Shown piece after piece: positions 39,107-52,775 of a DNA stretch of 64,000 nt. Source of the DNA: Octopus sinensis (Eukaryota); assembly GCF_006345805.1 (NCBI RefSeq), contig NC_043000.1, positions 110,732,001 through 110,796,000 of the forward strand, in the 5' to 3' direction. The position numbers and the translations under genes are program-made. The notes under the pieces were generated by a model. That model was not told where the DNA came from. It searched no databases and saw nothing but the letters and a program-made list of their open reading frames with translations. Numbering within the stretch: position 1 is the first letter of the stretch; each line of letters opens with the position of its first letter.

Positions 39107-40127
39107 AGCGTGGCCTTTAAAGCTGGTACCTACTCTACGTGCAATCATACTTCTGATGTTATTCTTTGAGCTGAAAAAAAAATGGTGATTGATTGGCAGA
39201 ATAGTTAGGATGCTTTATGATATTTATTCCGGATCTTTACGTTCTAAGTTCAAATACCGCCAAAATCAATTTTGCCGTTGATCTTTTGGCATGGTGGTGG
39301 GATCAATTCAATCGGTTTAACAACAGACTCATAATTTCAAGCCTGATTCCTATGTTAGAAGCAGTTATTATTCAAAGAAGGTTTATTCTGAGGCGGTTGA
39401 TTTGATCTTTCATCCTTTCAGCATCGATGAAATAAGTACAAATCGAACACTGCGGTTGATGTAATCAATTAACTCCTTCCTGCCAAATTCCGCGCTTTGT
39501 GTCTGTAGGAGAACGTTTTGGCAGAAGAAGGGCGAAAGCGGTGCGCTGGCAGAAACATTAGATCGTCGGACGAAATGTTTTGCATTGACGCTTTATGCTT
39601 TGAATTCAAATCTCGCCGAGGTCAGCTTTGTCTTTCATCTTTCCCTGGTCGATAAAATTAAGTACTATTATAATAATGATGATAATAGTAATAATAATAT
39701 ATGAAGAGATAAGTTAAATCCAGGCGATCACCTCAGTAGAACTTCACGCAGGAATCTGGGAAGCATAGACTTCGGATAGCAGCGTAAATGGTTACATCTT
39801 TTTGATTAATCAAAGGATGATTCGATATAATTTGGACAATTATTAAAGGAACATTTCGCCAATTCCAGCGCGTGTATATCAAGTAGATATGATAAGCTTA
39901 TTGCGTTTCAAATTAGAGTGACTGAAAAGTGAACGAACATTAAATGAATTGTATAACTTTGAAATAAATAACATTCGTTCACCGAAACATACGTAACATT
40001 GATTTGCTTTCTCTTTTCCTCAATTAAAATGATTATTATATTTGTGTGTTGTATTTGCATGTGTGCGTGTTTGTGTATGTGTGCGTGCGTGTATGTGTGC
40101 ATGCGCGCGTGTGTGCGTGTGTGTGTG

Positions 40128-40162
<35 letters not shown>

Positions 40163-40533
40163 GTGTGCGTGTGTGTGTGTGGTGAGAAAATTCACGGATC
40201 AATGGTCAAGGAGACTAGAAGCGCAGAGAGAATTCTGTACGTGTCAAATTTTGGGTTGTCTGATAAATTCGTTCTTTTACTCCCCACCCACCCACCCAAC
40301 GTCACATGTTTTTAAAAGAAATAACGCATGTTAAAATTTCAAAAATGAAAAGCAAAAGTTGTAGAGTAATAACAGAACTGCAAAAAAACATAAAACACAA
40401 CAACAAAAATACTTTTTGCATTAATTCAAACAACATTGGACAGGATTAAAATAAATGAAAACACGAACGAATATATCTGACAATATGACCGTCCAGAGCC
40501 ATTAGTTTACTTTTAGATGCTGTTATTCATACA

Positions 40534-40926
40534 GTAGCAGTATCGCCCGGTGTTGCTTGGGTTTGTTTCGACCCTTTAGAATTGTAATTTTTGAAATGTA
40601 AAAATTTGGCATTTTGTAGTTTGTTATTCTCTTTAAGTGAACATTTTTCTGGTTGAAATACACCGAAAAATGGCGACACAGCAGTCAAAAAATCGTAAAA
40701 AATAGGGATTTTCATAGAAAAAAAAGCACCTTTTTGATGTAAATAATTTTTGGTGTTAACATGGTCCGATTTGAATTTTATCTTCTACGGAATGACGAGC
40801 AAACCTTCTTCTATCATACTCTCAATTTTGGTCAACTTGCGCCGCAGGGTCTCGGAGGAGATAGTGTTAGTTGAAGACTACCAAACCTACCACACACAGA
40901 CAACTTCAGCTTTATATATAGAGAGA
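40534..40926 (-). mobile_element. Non-autonomous Helitron, copy 1
   Basis: Reverse complement of 56648-57030; 5' TC, subterminal GC hairpin, terminal CTAG mutated. Confidence 0.82.
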
Positions 40927-41829
40927 TTTATTAATTTAAAATATGTTAGAAGCGGGAGATAACTATAATGAACTTCTTAACCAAAACTGAAGACAATGCA
41001 ACATTTCTTGAAGTTATTACGTATATAGACGCCTTTTTTTTTTCCTTTTTATTTTAAGAAATTCCACAACTTAAACAGTAAAATAGTTATAAATATGATG
41101 CGATGCCGCCAATATGAAAAGGAATCGTATTCTAAGATGAAAGCAGGTCATTAATGTCCGTGCAACGAAGACAACAAACAGCACCAGCAACTAACCAGAG
41201 TAGATAAATGTCGGCGGCATTCACTATGGCGGCTTTCAGAAACATCGTCGCCATAATCCTTGGGTTTTTTCTTCGTTCTGTTTTGTTTTTCTTGCATTTA
41301 TCTCCGTAGACTGGAAACTGGTTGGTTCTAAGCCACAGAGATCACACCCTACCGTTGTGTTTCCAGATTTTTGGCTGTTTATCTATTGTTAAACATTGAG
41401 TTTATCAAACAGCTTAGTTTTTTTTTTATTACTAATTCTTTCCAGTAACCATTCAGACAAGAAAAAAAGATACTTCTCTCTCTCTCTCTTTCACACACAC
41501 ACACACACTTACACACACATACATGTCGCATACGCACATTTATTATATATACATAACTATATCGGGGAAGCGTACATATATACGTATAAATGCGTAGATG
41601 AATATACTGTGTGTGTGTGTGTGTGTATGTCCATATATGTGCGTGCGTGCATGTTTGCATACATGTATGTGCATGCATATGTAGGTATTCACACACGCGC
41701 GCGCGCACACACATAAAACTTTCAGCATCTTTCATTCTTTCTTTAATGTCCCTCGTCGTTTCATAATATTTGTAATTCAATTGCTGTCTAATGCTATATT
41801 TGTTGCCGGATTCAGTAAATAATATTACG

Positions 41830-41873
<44 letters not shown>

Positions 41874-41874
41874 G

Positions 41875-42539
41875 TTTTTTTTTCTTTCAAATTTGCTTCC
41901 ATTTCTTGCCGAGCGTCTTCCCGACTCCTAGGGCAAAGAAACTCATAATATACATTGATAGGCCATTAAACCAAACTCAATAGTTCGTTCATTTTTTTTT
42001 TTTTTTAAGGTTAAATTAAAATCCATGGGCAGTAACAGCTCTCACAGCGACAATGCTCTTCTCAATACGTGTGATGTACCAGTTAAGACAATCTTTTGCA
42101 CTTCTTGCAGGGATGGTAAGCCAGGGATCATTTTCATATAATTTTCGGTTCCCTTCTTGATCATTCCTAGTGCTCCTACGATCACTGGTATTGTAACCGC
42201 CTTGAGATGCCACATTTTCTCAATTTCAATGAGCAGGTCTTTATATTTTCTGAGCTTGTCAAACTCTTTCGCCGATATATTATGATCATAGGGGATGCTC
42301 ATGTCGATCAATAAGCAAACTTTATTGTTTTTGTCTTTCACAACAATATCTGGTTTATTGGCTTTGATGGTTCGGTCTGTATGTACTGGAAAGTCCCACA
42401 GAATCGTTACATTTTCTCCTTCAGTTACTGCTTCAGGGTGGTGATTATACCACTTGTCGGCAGTTTTGATATTGTAATGCCGACTTATTAGACAGTGTAG
42501 ATATTGGCCAACTCTGTCATGTCTTAATTTATACTCCAC

Positions 42540-42540
<1 letters not shown>
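41875..42540 (-). mobile_element. 5'-truncated R4/Dong-like LINE; RLE domain open for 165 aa (42042-42539)
   Basis: RHD, ILWDFP, NKPDIVVKD...LLIDMSIP, KYKDL, IPVIVGALG, GTSHVLRRALSL*; (TTA)n on both sides. Confidence 0.93.
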
Positions 42541-42577
<37 letters not shown>

Positions 42578-42578
<1 letters not shown>

Positions 42579-42915
42579 TTTCTTTCTTCAAATTTTCTTC
42601 CGTTTCTCACCGGGTGTTTTCCGTACACCTAGGGCAGAGAAGCTCATTGTATGCATTCCCAGATTACACACGCAAATTCACAGATAAAATATGTATTTTA
42701 AAAATTAATAAATAAATAAATTCATGAATGGATGTTGTTTTCACAGCGATAATGCTCTTCTCAGTTCATGAGTCGTTCCAATTAACACGATTTTTTGCAA
42801 TCCCTGTAGGGATCGTAAGCCTGGTATCATTTTCAAATAGGTTTCAGTACCTTTTTTTTTTATCATTCCTAGAGATCCTACAGTCACCGGTACTGTAGTC
42901 GCCTTGAGATGCTAC
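42578..42915 (-). mobile_element. Second R4/Dong-like 3' end, related family
   Basis: Similar to 41875-42210 (…RRALSL* plus 3' UTR); bounded by (TTA)n. Confidence 0.85.
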
Positions 42916-42977
<62 letters not shown>

Positions 42978-42989
42978 ATTTTTATTATT

Positions 42990-43255
42990 TGGTTTGGTTC
43001 AGGTTTGGTCTTATTTCTGGTAGAATTTATGTGGGCAGCGAGTTACTACCTGTTACTTTAGATATCCATAAGTTTACAGCAGTCTTTCAAGTGCTTAGAA
43101 CCCTCTTGATAATTCTTGCTGTCCCTAAGGGATAAACTTCCTCTAGGAGCTCTACCGGGCATTCTATTTCAGTCTCCTTCAGCCATTTGTCTACATTTTC
43201 GCTTCCTGTTCCCAACACACCAATTAGTAGAGGAACGACCTTTACAGTTTTCATA
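42990..43255 (-). mobile_element. Third R4/Dong-like 3' end, different family
   Basis: Translates MKTVKVVPLLIGVLG...LGTARIIKRVLST*. Confidence 0.75.
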
Positions 43256-43460
43256 AGTCTCTATCTATCTTTTATCTTTTATCGTTTACCTGGGGCATCT
43301 TTTATCTTTTACCTGGGGTACCGCCTTGAATAAATCGACCCTAGTACTTATTTTTTGAGCCTACTACTTATTCCACGGTCTCTTTTGCCGAACCGCTAAG
43401 TTACGGGGACCTAAACACGCCAACACCAGGTGTCAAGTGGTGATGGAAGAACAAGAACAG

Positions 43461-43495
<35 letters not shown>

Positions 43496-45178
43496 TTTAT
43501 ATATATGACGGCCTTCTTTCAGTTTTTGCCTTTCAAATCGACTCACAAAGCTTTGGTCGACACTTGTCTATTGTCTAAAGTGCCACGCAGTGGGACTGAA
43601 CCCTGACCCATGAGGTTGGGAAGCAAGCCTGTTACCACACAGCCACTCCTGCGCCTAATTAAATTTATATAAATAAATATTTAAAAAACGCATCGTAGAT
43701 CATTTCAGATATCACAGTAAGAATTCATAATTCTAAGGCGGCGAGTTGATAGAATGGTTAGCATTCCGGACAAAATGCTTAACGGCATTTCGGGGTTTAT
43801 GTTCTGCGTTGAAATTCCGCCGAGGGCGGTAAAAATCTCCTCAGGGTAAAATATTGACCATACCCTGGTGGGTGTTGTTGTTATATATATATAAAGTATT
43901 GAGTATTAAAGGAAGTAGTGAGTACTTAGTATGAAAGATTAAGAAAATGAGAGAGACTGAAAAAACGTGTTAACGATACGAGATACTTTATTAGACTGCC
44001 GTTGTTGTACAAGGTATTTGTTGTGGCGGGAAACTTACTGAATGTCCTTGTATCAAGGGAGACAATGGGCAACGTTGATTGTTCATGTTTGTTGTGATGA
44101 TTACATAACAGTGGGTAGAGAATTGCTCACCGGTAAGCAACTCTGCATCTATTTCTGTGTTCAAACTCCCCATTTTTTCTTATGATATATATATTATTAA
44201 AGTTCTGTTCTCCTTTATCGAATGGATGAAAACATCTACAACGACAACTGGAACTTCATAAGTGTTAACACTAATACTAACACAAACCGGTGTACGCTTG
44301 GATAAAATACATCCCTGTGAAAGAACCAACCTCTTTCCATTCGAAACTTCATAAACACTCGTTATATATGTGTGTGCTTGTGTGTGTATGTATGTGTGTG
44401 TGTGTGTGGTGTGTGTGTGTGTGTGTGCGCGCGCGCACAACTGGTTTCCTGCACAGACTTCATCTTACGAATTCCGCTCACAAGGTTTCGGCTAGTCTTG
44501 CATTAGGATCGAACACGTAACTACGTGGTTCGAAGCGAAGTTCTTACACTCACAACCGCCATCACTTACTTCTCATAATAATTGTTTCAAATTTTATCAC
44601 AAGGCCAGGAATTTTAGGGGAAATAGGTTATTCGATTACTTCGACCCCAGTACTTAACTGGTACTTGGTTTATCGACCCCGAAAGGATAGAAGGCGAATA
44701 TGACATTAGCAGGATTTGAACTCCGAACGAGTCGGTTATTGCTAGTAAATGGTTTACGGCACAAAAGAAATGACTTTAAGCTTGTGAAAATAATATTCGG
44801 GATACCTTTATCTCTACTAAGTATAGATGCAGATCTGTTAACCTAAGATTAATTTTGAAGATCTGATCAAAGACTTTGCAATTCAAAAAAGCAGAAGGAA
44901 ACTTTTCAAATCTAAATAAAATTGGAAGTAGACAAAAATAAACATTATTTTCCCTCTTGCTGTTTTGTTTCGTTTTGAAAAATAAAAATTTATTTTATGG
45001 TTTGTTTTTGTTTGTATTTTGAATGACATAATCTTTTATGGGGGCACAAAAATCTTTTAAGTGCTTAGGGCCTCGATGGGTCTTAATCCGGCCCTGCTTC
45101 TAGCTATAACCATTCTATCCGTTCTGACAATGTGTATCTAAGATTACATCATCCAATATGTCAGTCTTTTATTTTGTT

Positions 45179-45221
<43 letters not shown>

Positions 45222-45627
45222 TGAGAGAGATGAGAGAGATTTGACTGCTATTTCTAGCTGGTCGAGCGACCACGTTTAGTGCTTCTCCCGCCTTATTGGC
45301 GGCTTCTGTTGTTGTTGTAATTGTTGTTGTTTTTAATCCACTGTCAAATCCTTCTATAAACTTTACAAGACACAGACAAAAAACAACAACAACAAACAAC
45401 AACGGCAGCAACAATAACAACCTTTAAGTTTTTTTTTTGGTTCCTGCAATAAACATTCCGATGTTCAGTCATCCATGTGGCGCCATCTGTAGGCAAGTCC
45501 GCCATAACTATTGGCTTCAGCTGGACTTGAAGTGATTGATCAAAGATTTACCAATAGACGAAAGTGAAGGCGGTGGTGGAGTGGGAACGAAACGTCACCA
45601 GCGCTGCTGCTGCTGCTGCTGCTGCTG

Positions 45628-45666
<39 letters not shown>

Positions 45667-45800
45667 GAATTTGCCGTTTTAAGTCTGTGTTGTATAATAC
45701 CTCTCTGTAGTAACATGAAATTCCAAGAAGGGACGAAGACTTCATGAATATAGATGCAGGCATGGCTATGTGGTTAAGAAGCTTGTTTTGCAATCACGTG

Positions 45801-46250
45801 GGATCTCTTCGGTTTGAACGGCAGTTTTTTCTAGCGCTGTCATATGAAATTGTCACCCATGATTATGACCCTGGTATCGATCAATTGCATTTCAATCTGT
45901 TTTAGGGTTAGGGTTCGTTAACGTTAGTTACGGTTAGGGTTACGGTTAGGGTGGGGGAAGGGTATCTTTTTTTCTTCAGAAATGTAAATAAACCCAATCT
46001 GTTTCTTAAACAAGAGACACATTCATACAGCACAATGTTTTTTTTTACCTCAATAGACGTCATTGATTGGTTGAAAATGCAGAAATTGAAGAAAAAACAA
46101 CAACAAATATCTTACAAACCATAGAATTTTCTCAATAAAGCCAAGAGAAAAAGATGTTTTATAAACACATTCTACCAGTATACGACGTTTAAAAGTGTTT
46201 AGTTACGTGGAAATTATTTTAAAAAACTACCGTTCAAACCGAAAAGATCC
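45801..46250. mobile_element. Merlin-like MITE with internal TTAGGG-like repeats, inserted in a SINE head
   Basis: 30-bp TIRs GGATCTCTTCGGTTTGAACGGCAGTTTTTT / AAAAAACTACCGTTCAAACCGAAAAGATCC; perfect 8-bp TSD ATCACGTG (45793-45800, 46251-46258); GG termini. Superfamily assignment is inferred. Confidence 0.85.
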
Positions 46251-46463
46251 ATCACGTGGTCTTGAGTTCAGTCCTACTCTGCGGCTTTTTTGAGTAAATG
46301 TCTTCTACTGTAGCCCCGGGGCCAATCAACGCTTCGTGACTGAATTTGGTTGACGGAAACTGTGTGGAAGTCCATCACATACGTGTTAGAAAAAGCAGTC
46401 AAAAATTCCTCAAATGGTACATTCCTCAAATCAATTGGAAGAAAAATTGAAGAAAAAGATCAC

Positions 46464-46928
46464 GGTAAGTTTCGGTTATCTCATCCCCATTAAAAAATTA
46501 CCATTAAAAAATTGGGTTATCTGCCCATTAAAAAATCGAATTAATATAGCGACAAGAGATTGGATTAAAAGCGTTAGTTTCTTTTGATTCAATACTTCAA
46601 CACAATGTTGACGTTTGGCCTTCTTAATAGGTATGGAATGATTTATTGTAAAAATATTAGATTCAGTAAGATGTTTAATTTTTTCAATTTTCATGTTTAT
46701 TAATCTTTTCAGTTTTGTATGATTTGTTATAAAAATATAATCAGATTCAACATGATGTTTCATCTTTCCACTTTTCATGTTTGTTAATATTATCATTTTT
46801 TTCTTTGTTTTATTGAGGGTTAAACAATTTTTTTAGTTGAGGGAGATAACCAAAACAACCGATATTTCTCATAAAACAGGGGGAGATAACCCAATTTTTT
46901 AACGAGGATGGGATAACAAAAAAGTACC
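46464..46928. mobile_element. Older MITE with GGTA-terminal inverted repeats
   Basis: GGTAAGTTTCGGTTATCTCATCCCCATTAAAAAATT versus the reverse complement of the right end, GGTACTTTTTTGTTATCCCATCCTCGTTAAAAAATT; TSD decayed. Confidence 0.65.
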
Positions 46929-47300
46929 GAGGTCTCATCTTACAGCCGGACAAAATGAGAAACACATTTGATGGTGTAAACCCCTGATGTATAAAACGAA
47001 GAGATGGCAATGCACGTTTTACCATAGATTGGCTTCATTAGACCTAACAGGACTAAACAACTGATTTAAACCAGATTGTTACGGTTGGATGGTATTTGTC
47101 ATAGGTATACACCAGCTGGAATTAAAGAGCCAAATTTCCCTCAAATTTCACATCTATATTGTCATAGAAGGAAGAACGTAGAGGACACTTTGGTTTCTGA
47201 TATACGAACAGACAGAATATCACTGAAGTAACGTTTCTATGGGTCTCCTGCAGCAGAGCTAACCCGAAGATAAATTTCAACAACAACAGTATACTGTATA

Positions 47301-47381
47301 CAGTAATCCCCCGCCATATCGCGGTTCGCCTATCGCGGGGTATTTTGGAACGTAACACCCGCAATAATCGAGGGATTATTG
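47301..47381. mobile_element. Tigger/pogo-like mini-MITE
   Basis: TA|CAGTAATCCC ... GGGATTATTG|TA. Confidence 0.75.
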
Positions 47382-47775
47382 TATATCTTCTCCGAATTTA
47401 AAATAATTCATTTTCTGTCCAGACTTCTTTCCACTGTACAGTTCAGTTGTGAAGGAGTGAAGGATACAACAGAGGTAATATGTGTGTGTGTGTGTGTAAA
47501 TAAATATATATATATGACTCTTTTAATGAAGAGTAGCATAGAATTTAATAACAGTAAGTTAAACGTAGAGAAAGAGAGGAGGGGAAGAGTTGGAGAGTAT
47601 TGGAAAATAAGGGTTGCGTAGGTGAAAATACAGTAAATGGAAAGAGAAAAGGAAGTGGAAACACACACACACACACACACAAGTGTATGCATACAATAAA
47701 AAAATGCGTTATCTTTAAGATACCGTGTTCGCGCACTGCAGACAATTCGTGTATGTGTGTATGCACACGTCCGTG

Positions 47776-47818
47776 CATACATACATACATACATACATAC
47801 ATACATACATACATACAT

Positions 47819-47855
<37 letters not shown>

Positions 47856-47863
47856 TACATACA

Positions 47864-47897
<34 letters not shown>

Positions 47898-47963
47898 CAT
47901 ACATACATACATACATACATACATACATACATACATACATACATACATACATACATACATACA
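47776..47963. repeat. (CATA)n/(CA)n microsatellite
   Basis: Direct repeat. Confidence 0.97.
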
Positions 47964-49272
47964 TGTATTCATGTATATATCGGCCAGATCCTAAACTATA
48001 CGATACGATGTCATTAACGGCAAACTGAGTTTGTCAGAGGAGCTAAACGGCTTGTTATACATTAGAAGAAGAAAACATATATACATACGTCAATGATGGC
48101 TATCAGTTTCTTGAAAATTCGATATAAAAATGAATATGTATTAAATCGGTTTCTGCTGCATATATAAATATCTGCAACACGGTTGATATTACGTAATCTG
48201 CATACTCGTTAGGTTTACAACGAACGCCATTAGAACGGCAACATACAGCAACCGTTGCAGGTATAAATCGATGGTTATTGCCGCTTAATAGTTGTAATAA
48301 TATATATATATACGATACATAATGGGCAGACGGAATGTTATACCATTGCCTACACCAACACATCTTTACACTGTCTGCCTGTAAACTGTGTAAATATTAG
48401 ACGAGCAGAAATCATGGAACGAACGGAAATAATTTACGTTTGATATTTACGGAAGTTTTCTTTCTTATATTTTGCAAATAAAAACGAATTTGTTGGTTGA
48501 GCGCTATTAATTTTCGTTTTATTGTATTTCTTTGGAATCTGTAGCCAACAACAAGACAATAGAAATTAGCAAAATCAAGATGACTGACTCCAAATATACA
48601 TGTCAATTGAAACCCATCCCGATGTAGTTACAAGAAAGACGATACAAATGATTTTTTCTTTCTATTGAAATATGTTTTAGATCTAATAAATATGGATATT
48701 ATGTTGGCACAAACATATCGATGTCTGGTACAAAGATATAATTTTCCAAACGATTAAGCTTAACTTTACAATGCATATATCGACAATATCTATTTTGTAC
48801 ATATTTACGGTGTGAGTCTGTGTGTCGTGCATGTGTGTGTTATGGCTCTGTGGTTAAGAAATCCACTTTGCAACCATGTGGTTTCGGTTTCAGATCCACT
48901 CCGCGGCACCTTCTACTATAGCTTCGGGGCGACCAAACCTTGTGAGTGGATGGAAATTTTAGTGAACGGAAACTTTGTGTGGAAGCTCGTGTGATTTTGA
49001 TTTTGTTTCGGCAGTCACGCGAGTATGCAGCATGATTAGCCGCAAACACAACGAAATACGGTATCATCCGCTCTCGTGACGTCTTCTGGAGAGATTCCGT
49101 TTCGCCTATCTCTGGAAAGTATGGTGTTCTTTTAACACTATACGTCTTTAAAAGAACTTTTCCCGGACGAAAAACCGCAGCTTATGGCGTTTAAACAACA
49201 CACATCAAGTACGTTGTATCGATAATATTTACAATATAGAGTTGATTCAATTGTATTATTTGAATACATACA

Positions 49273-49306
<34 letters not shown>

Positions 49307-49350
49307 CATACACACAAACACACGCGTGCACGCACACAGACACACACTCT

Positions 49351-49433
<83 letters not shown>

Positions 49434-49700
49434 AATGATCAGTTATATCCTCATTCCGAATTTACCTCCGGTTGTTGGATTAGCAGAATCGTTAAAGTGT
49501 TGGCTAAAATACTCTCTCTCTCTCTCTCTCTGCCAAAACAGTCTTTCATATTCTGATTTCAAATCTCACAGAAATCCTTTTGGCTTTTCATTCTTCGTGC
49601 TTTGATAAAATAGCGTCAGTCGAATAAATACCTCGACCGATTTATATAACCCCAAAATACGGAAGTTAAGCAATCTCTCTTCTATATATTCCGATTATAG

Positions 49701-49932
49701 GGCGGCGAGCTGGCAGAAACGTTAGCACGGCGGGCGAAATGCTTAGCAGTATTTCGTCTACCACTACGTTCTCAGTTCAAATTCTGCCGAGGTCGACTTT
49801 GCCTTTCATTTTTCGGGGTCGATTAAATAAGTACCAGTTACGCACTGGGGTCGATATAATCTACTTAATCCGTTTGTCTGTCCTTGGTTGTCCTCTCTGT
49901 GTTTAGCCCCTTGTGGGTAGTAAAGAAATAGG
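49701..49932 (+). mobile_element. SINE family A, full length
   Basis: Complete head, body and AAAGAAATAGG tail. Confidence 0.92.
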
Positions 49933-50129
49933 TAGTTGTTATCATACAGTTAGCCAGAGCTACGATTTGGCTTCGACACTCGGTGAAAACCACTTTTACA
50001 TTCTCGAAATGATATTAATGTACCCCCGCTTTTGTGACAGCACTCTCGGTCAAGAACCCAACCAGAGCTGTATTCAAAGTCCAGTTCCTTTTCCACTTTG
50101 ACTCTCCCTTCAGCAATCTCAATAAAATA

Positions 50130-50362
50130 CCTATTTCTTTACTACCCACAAAGGGCTAGACACAGAGAGGACAAACAAGGACAGACAAACGGATTAAGTC
50201 GATTATATCGACCCCAGTGCGAACTGGTACTTAATGTATCGACCCAGAAAGGATGAAAGGCAAAGTCGACCTCGCGGAATTTGAACTGAGAACGTAGCGG
50301 CAGACGAAATACTGCCAAACATTTCGCCCGGCGTGCTAACGTTTCTGCCAGCTCGTCGCCTT
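50130..50362 (-). mobile_element. SINE family A, full length with TSD
   Basis: 14-bp TSD ATCTCAATAAAATA at 50116-50129 and 50365-50378. Confidence 0.92.
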
Positions 50363-50459
50363 CTATCTCAATAAAATAACTATCAGGAAGTTATGGGTTT
50401 CGAATTTTGTTACATTCCGCGGTAGAGGACGAGTCTATTATACCAATCCGAGTACGTAT

Positions 50460-50812
50460 TTTATCGACTCCCGAAAGGATGAAAGTCAACTAAGGGGGAA
50501 TTAGAACTCAGAACGTCCAGACGGATGAAATGTCGCTAAGCGTTTTGTCCGGCGTGCTAGCGATTCTGCCAGCTCGCCGCCTTAAGTATTAATGAGATAC
50601 TGGTTTCAGTTTTTGGCACAAGGCCAGCAATTTCGGAGAAGTGGGGGAGTTGATTACATCGACCCAAGGATTCAACTGGTACTTATCTTATCGACCCTGA
50701 ATGGATGAAAGGCAAAGTCGACCTCAGCGGAGTTTGATCTCATAGCGTAAAGACGTAAGAAATGCCGCTAAGTATTTGACCCGGCGTACTAACGATTCTG
50801 CCAGCTCGCCGA
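50460..50812 (-). mobile_element. Two further SINE family A copies
   Basis: Two reverse-complement heads ending GATTCTGCCAGCTCGCCG. Confidence 0.85.
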
Positions 50813-52229
50813 TTTGTGTAGCAGTAAGATATTGGTCCATAAAACTGGCGAGATTCCATTCTCAAGACAAAATATCAATAAATTAACATTTTCGTTTACA
50901 GCTAAACAAAAAAAAAAAAAAAAAAAAATTCCTGCATCTGTTTCCCACTTCAATTTGTTTTCCTTTCGTCTCTTTCATCAAACGAATGTCGTTATTCTTC
51001 GCGTATCTTACTTAACACGGTTACGATTTTCCTTACAGATTACAACACAGAGATCAACGCGAGAAAGAGAAAAAAATATATATATAAACAGGAAGAAGAT
51101 AATACATTAAGACTGTATTAGCACAATGTTTTCTCAGCATTTAATAAACAGCAGAATCTTATAAGTTAGTCGTAGAGGAATTTAAAGAAACGGCTTTCCA
51201 GTTATGATTATATCGTATACTAAGAAAGCCTCGCCTACATAAACGTGCTCTTAGTTCCAGAACTATGCATCTATTTAAACGATTTACTTTGTGAATTACA
51301 GCAAATGGTAGGTAAACTAGCCAAATGTAATGGTTCGGAATTCATGCAACAAAGAACCCACTGTTGGACAACTAATCTTACTTTATCAATATTATTCTCT
51401 GTCAAAAGACCAGACGTAGATTGTCACTTCGACTGAATATTTAGCCTATCTTATAAGCGGAAGAGATTCGTCTGTTCTTTTCAATATTCCAAACTCTCTC
51501 AAACTTCAAACGACAGGTTTTCTTAGACGTAACTACTTTTGCTTTGTTTTTTTTCTTCTTTTATTTATTCTTGTGGATTTAAGTTTCTGCTCAGCCAAGT
51601 AGAAATCGGTAAAACAATATAAGATTCAAGTCTTAAAAACACTTCTTGGAAGTTATTTGCAATAAATAAAGATTTGACTTTTAAAGCAGAAATGTATAAG
51701 TGATAAAAACACAACACAAGTTGTTCCGAAATTGGTAAAATAATCAACTGTCTTCAGATTTATAAAGTCAATCGGTATTTCTGGGAATAAACAATTTTAT
51801 TAAAGGTAAGAAAATGTAAATTATGTCTGTGTATTTGTTTTTTCCATTTATTTTCATAATTTAAAATAGAAAATAAAATTTTGTCCTTCTAATGATGATA
51901 TTGGTTCTATAAAAAATAAAAAAAATTGTATTTACTCTAATAAAATATACAATTCGAAAATAATCGATAACAACAATGTTAACTACATCGATATAAAAGA
52001 AAACCATTTAGTGAAAATGAGAAAACGATGTTTTGAAAACTTGGTATGTTTTAGGATAAATTGTATTAAGAAAGTTGTGAAAGAAAGTATTTGGTTGCGA
52101 TGGTGTGAAGGAGTGTTTATAGGTGGGTGGGTGGGAAGACATGAAGAGGATAAATGCGATCAAGTATGGCTCGAGGGCCACCTACAAAATCTTCGGTATT
52201 TAATTTGACATTATTGAATGGTGGGGTAG

Positions 52230-52775
52230 ACGGGCGAAATGCTTAGCGGTATTTTGTCTGCCGTTACGTTCTGAGTTCAAATTCCGCCGAGGTCGACTTT
52301 GCCTTTCATCCTTTCGGGGTAGATTAAATAAGTACCAGTTACGCACTGGGGTCGAGGAAATCGACTTAATCCGTTTGTCTGTCTTTGTTTGTCTCCTATG
52401 TGTTTAGCCCCTTGTGGGTAGTAAAGAAATAGGTATTTCGTCAGTCTTTACGTTCTGAGTTCAAGTTTCTCCAAGGTCGACTTTGCCTTTCATCCTTTCG
52501 GGGTCGATAAATTAAGTACCGGTTACGCACTGGGGCCGATGTAATCGACTTAATCCCTTTGTCTGTCCTTGTTTGTCCCCTCTGTGTTTAGCCCCTTGTG
52601 GACAGTAAAGAAATAGATATTTCGTCGGTCTTTACGTTCTGAGTTCAAATTCCGCCAAGGTCGACTTTGCTTTTTGGGGTCGATAAATTAAGTACCAGTT
52701 GCGCACTGGGATCGTCTAAACGACTGCCCCCTCTCACCAAAATTTCGGACCTTGTGCCTAGAGTAGAAAAGAATT
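52230..52775 (+). mobile_element. Tandem trimer of SINE family A
   Basis: Three consecutive TACGTTCTGAGTTCAA...GGTCGACTTTGC units joined through AAAGAAATAG-RTATTTCGTC. Confidence 0.9.

Noticed and set aside
45902-45951. Telomere or chromosome fusion site
   Set aside because: Only a few degenerate units, enclosed by the TIRs and TSD of a MITE.
46476-46796. 106-aa ORF
   Set aside because: Lies inside an AT-rich MITE with internal repetition; no protein motif.
51560-51811. Exon ending at AAG|GTAAGA (51805/51806)
   Set aside because: Good donor, but the upstream sequence has no convincing reading frame and no acceptor or TSS can be defined; it could only be non-coding and is unsupported.
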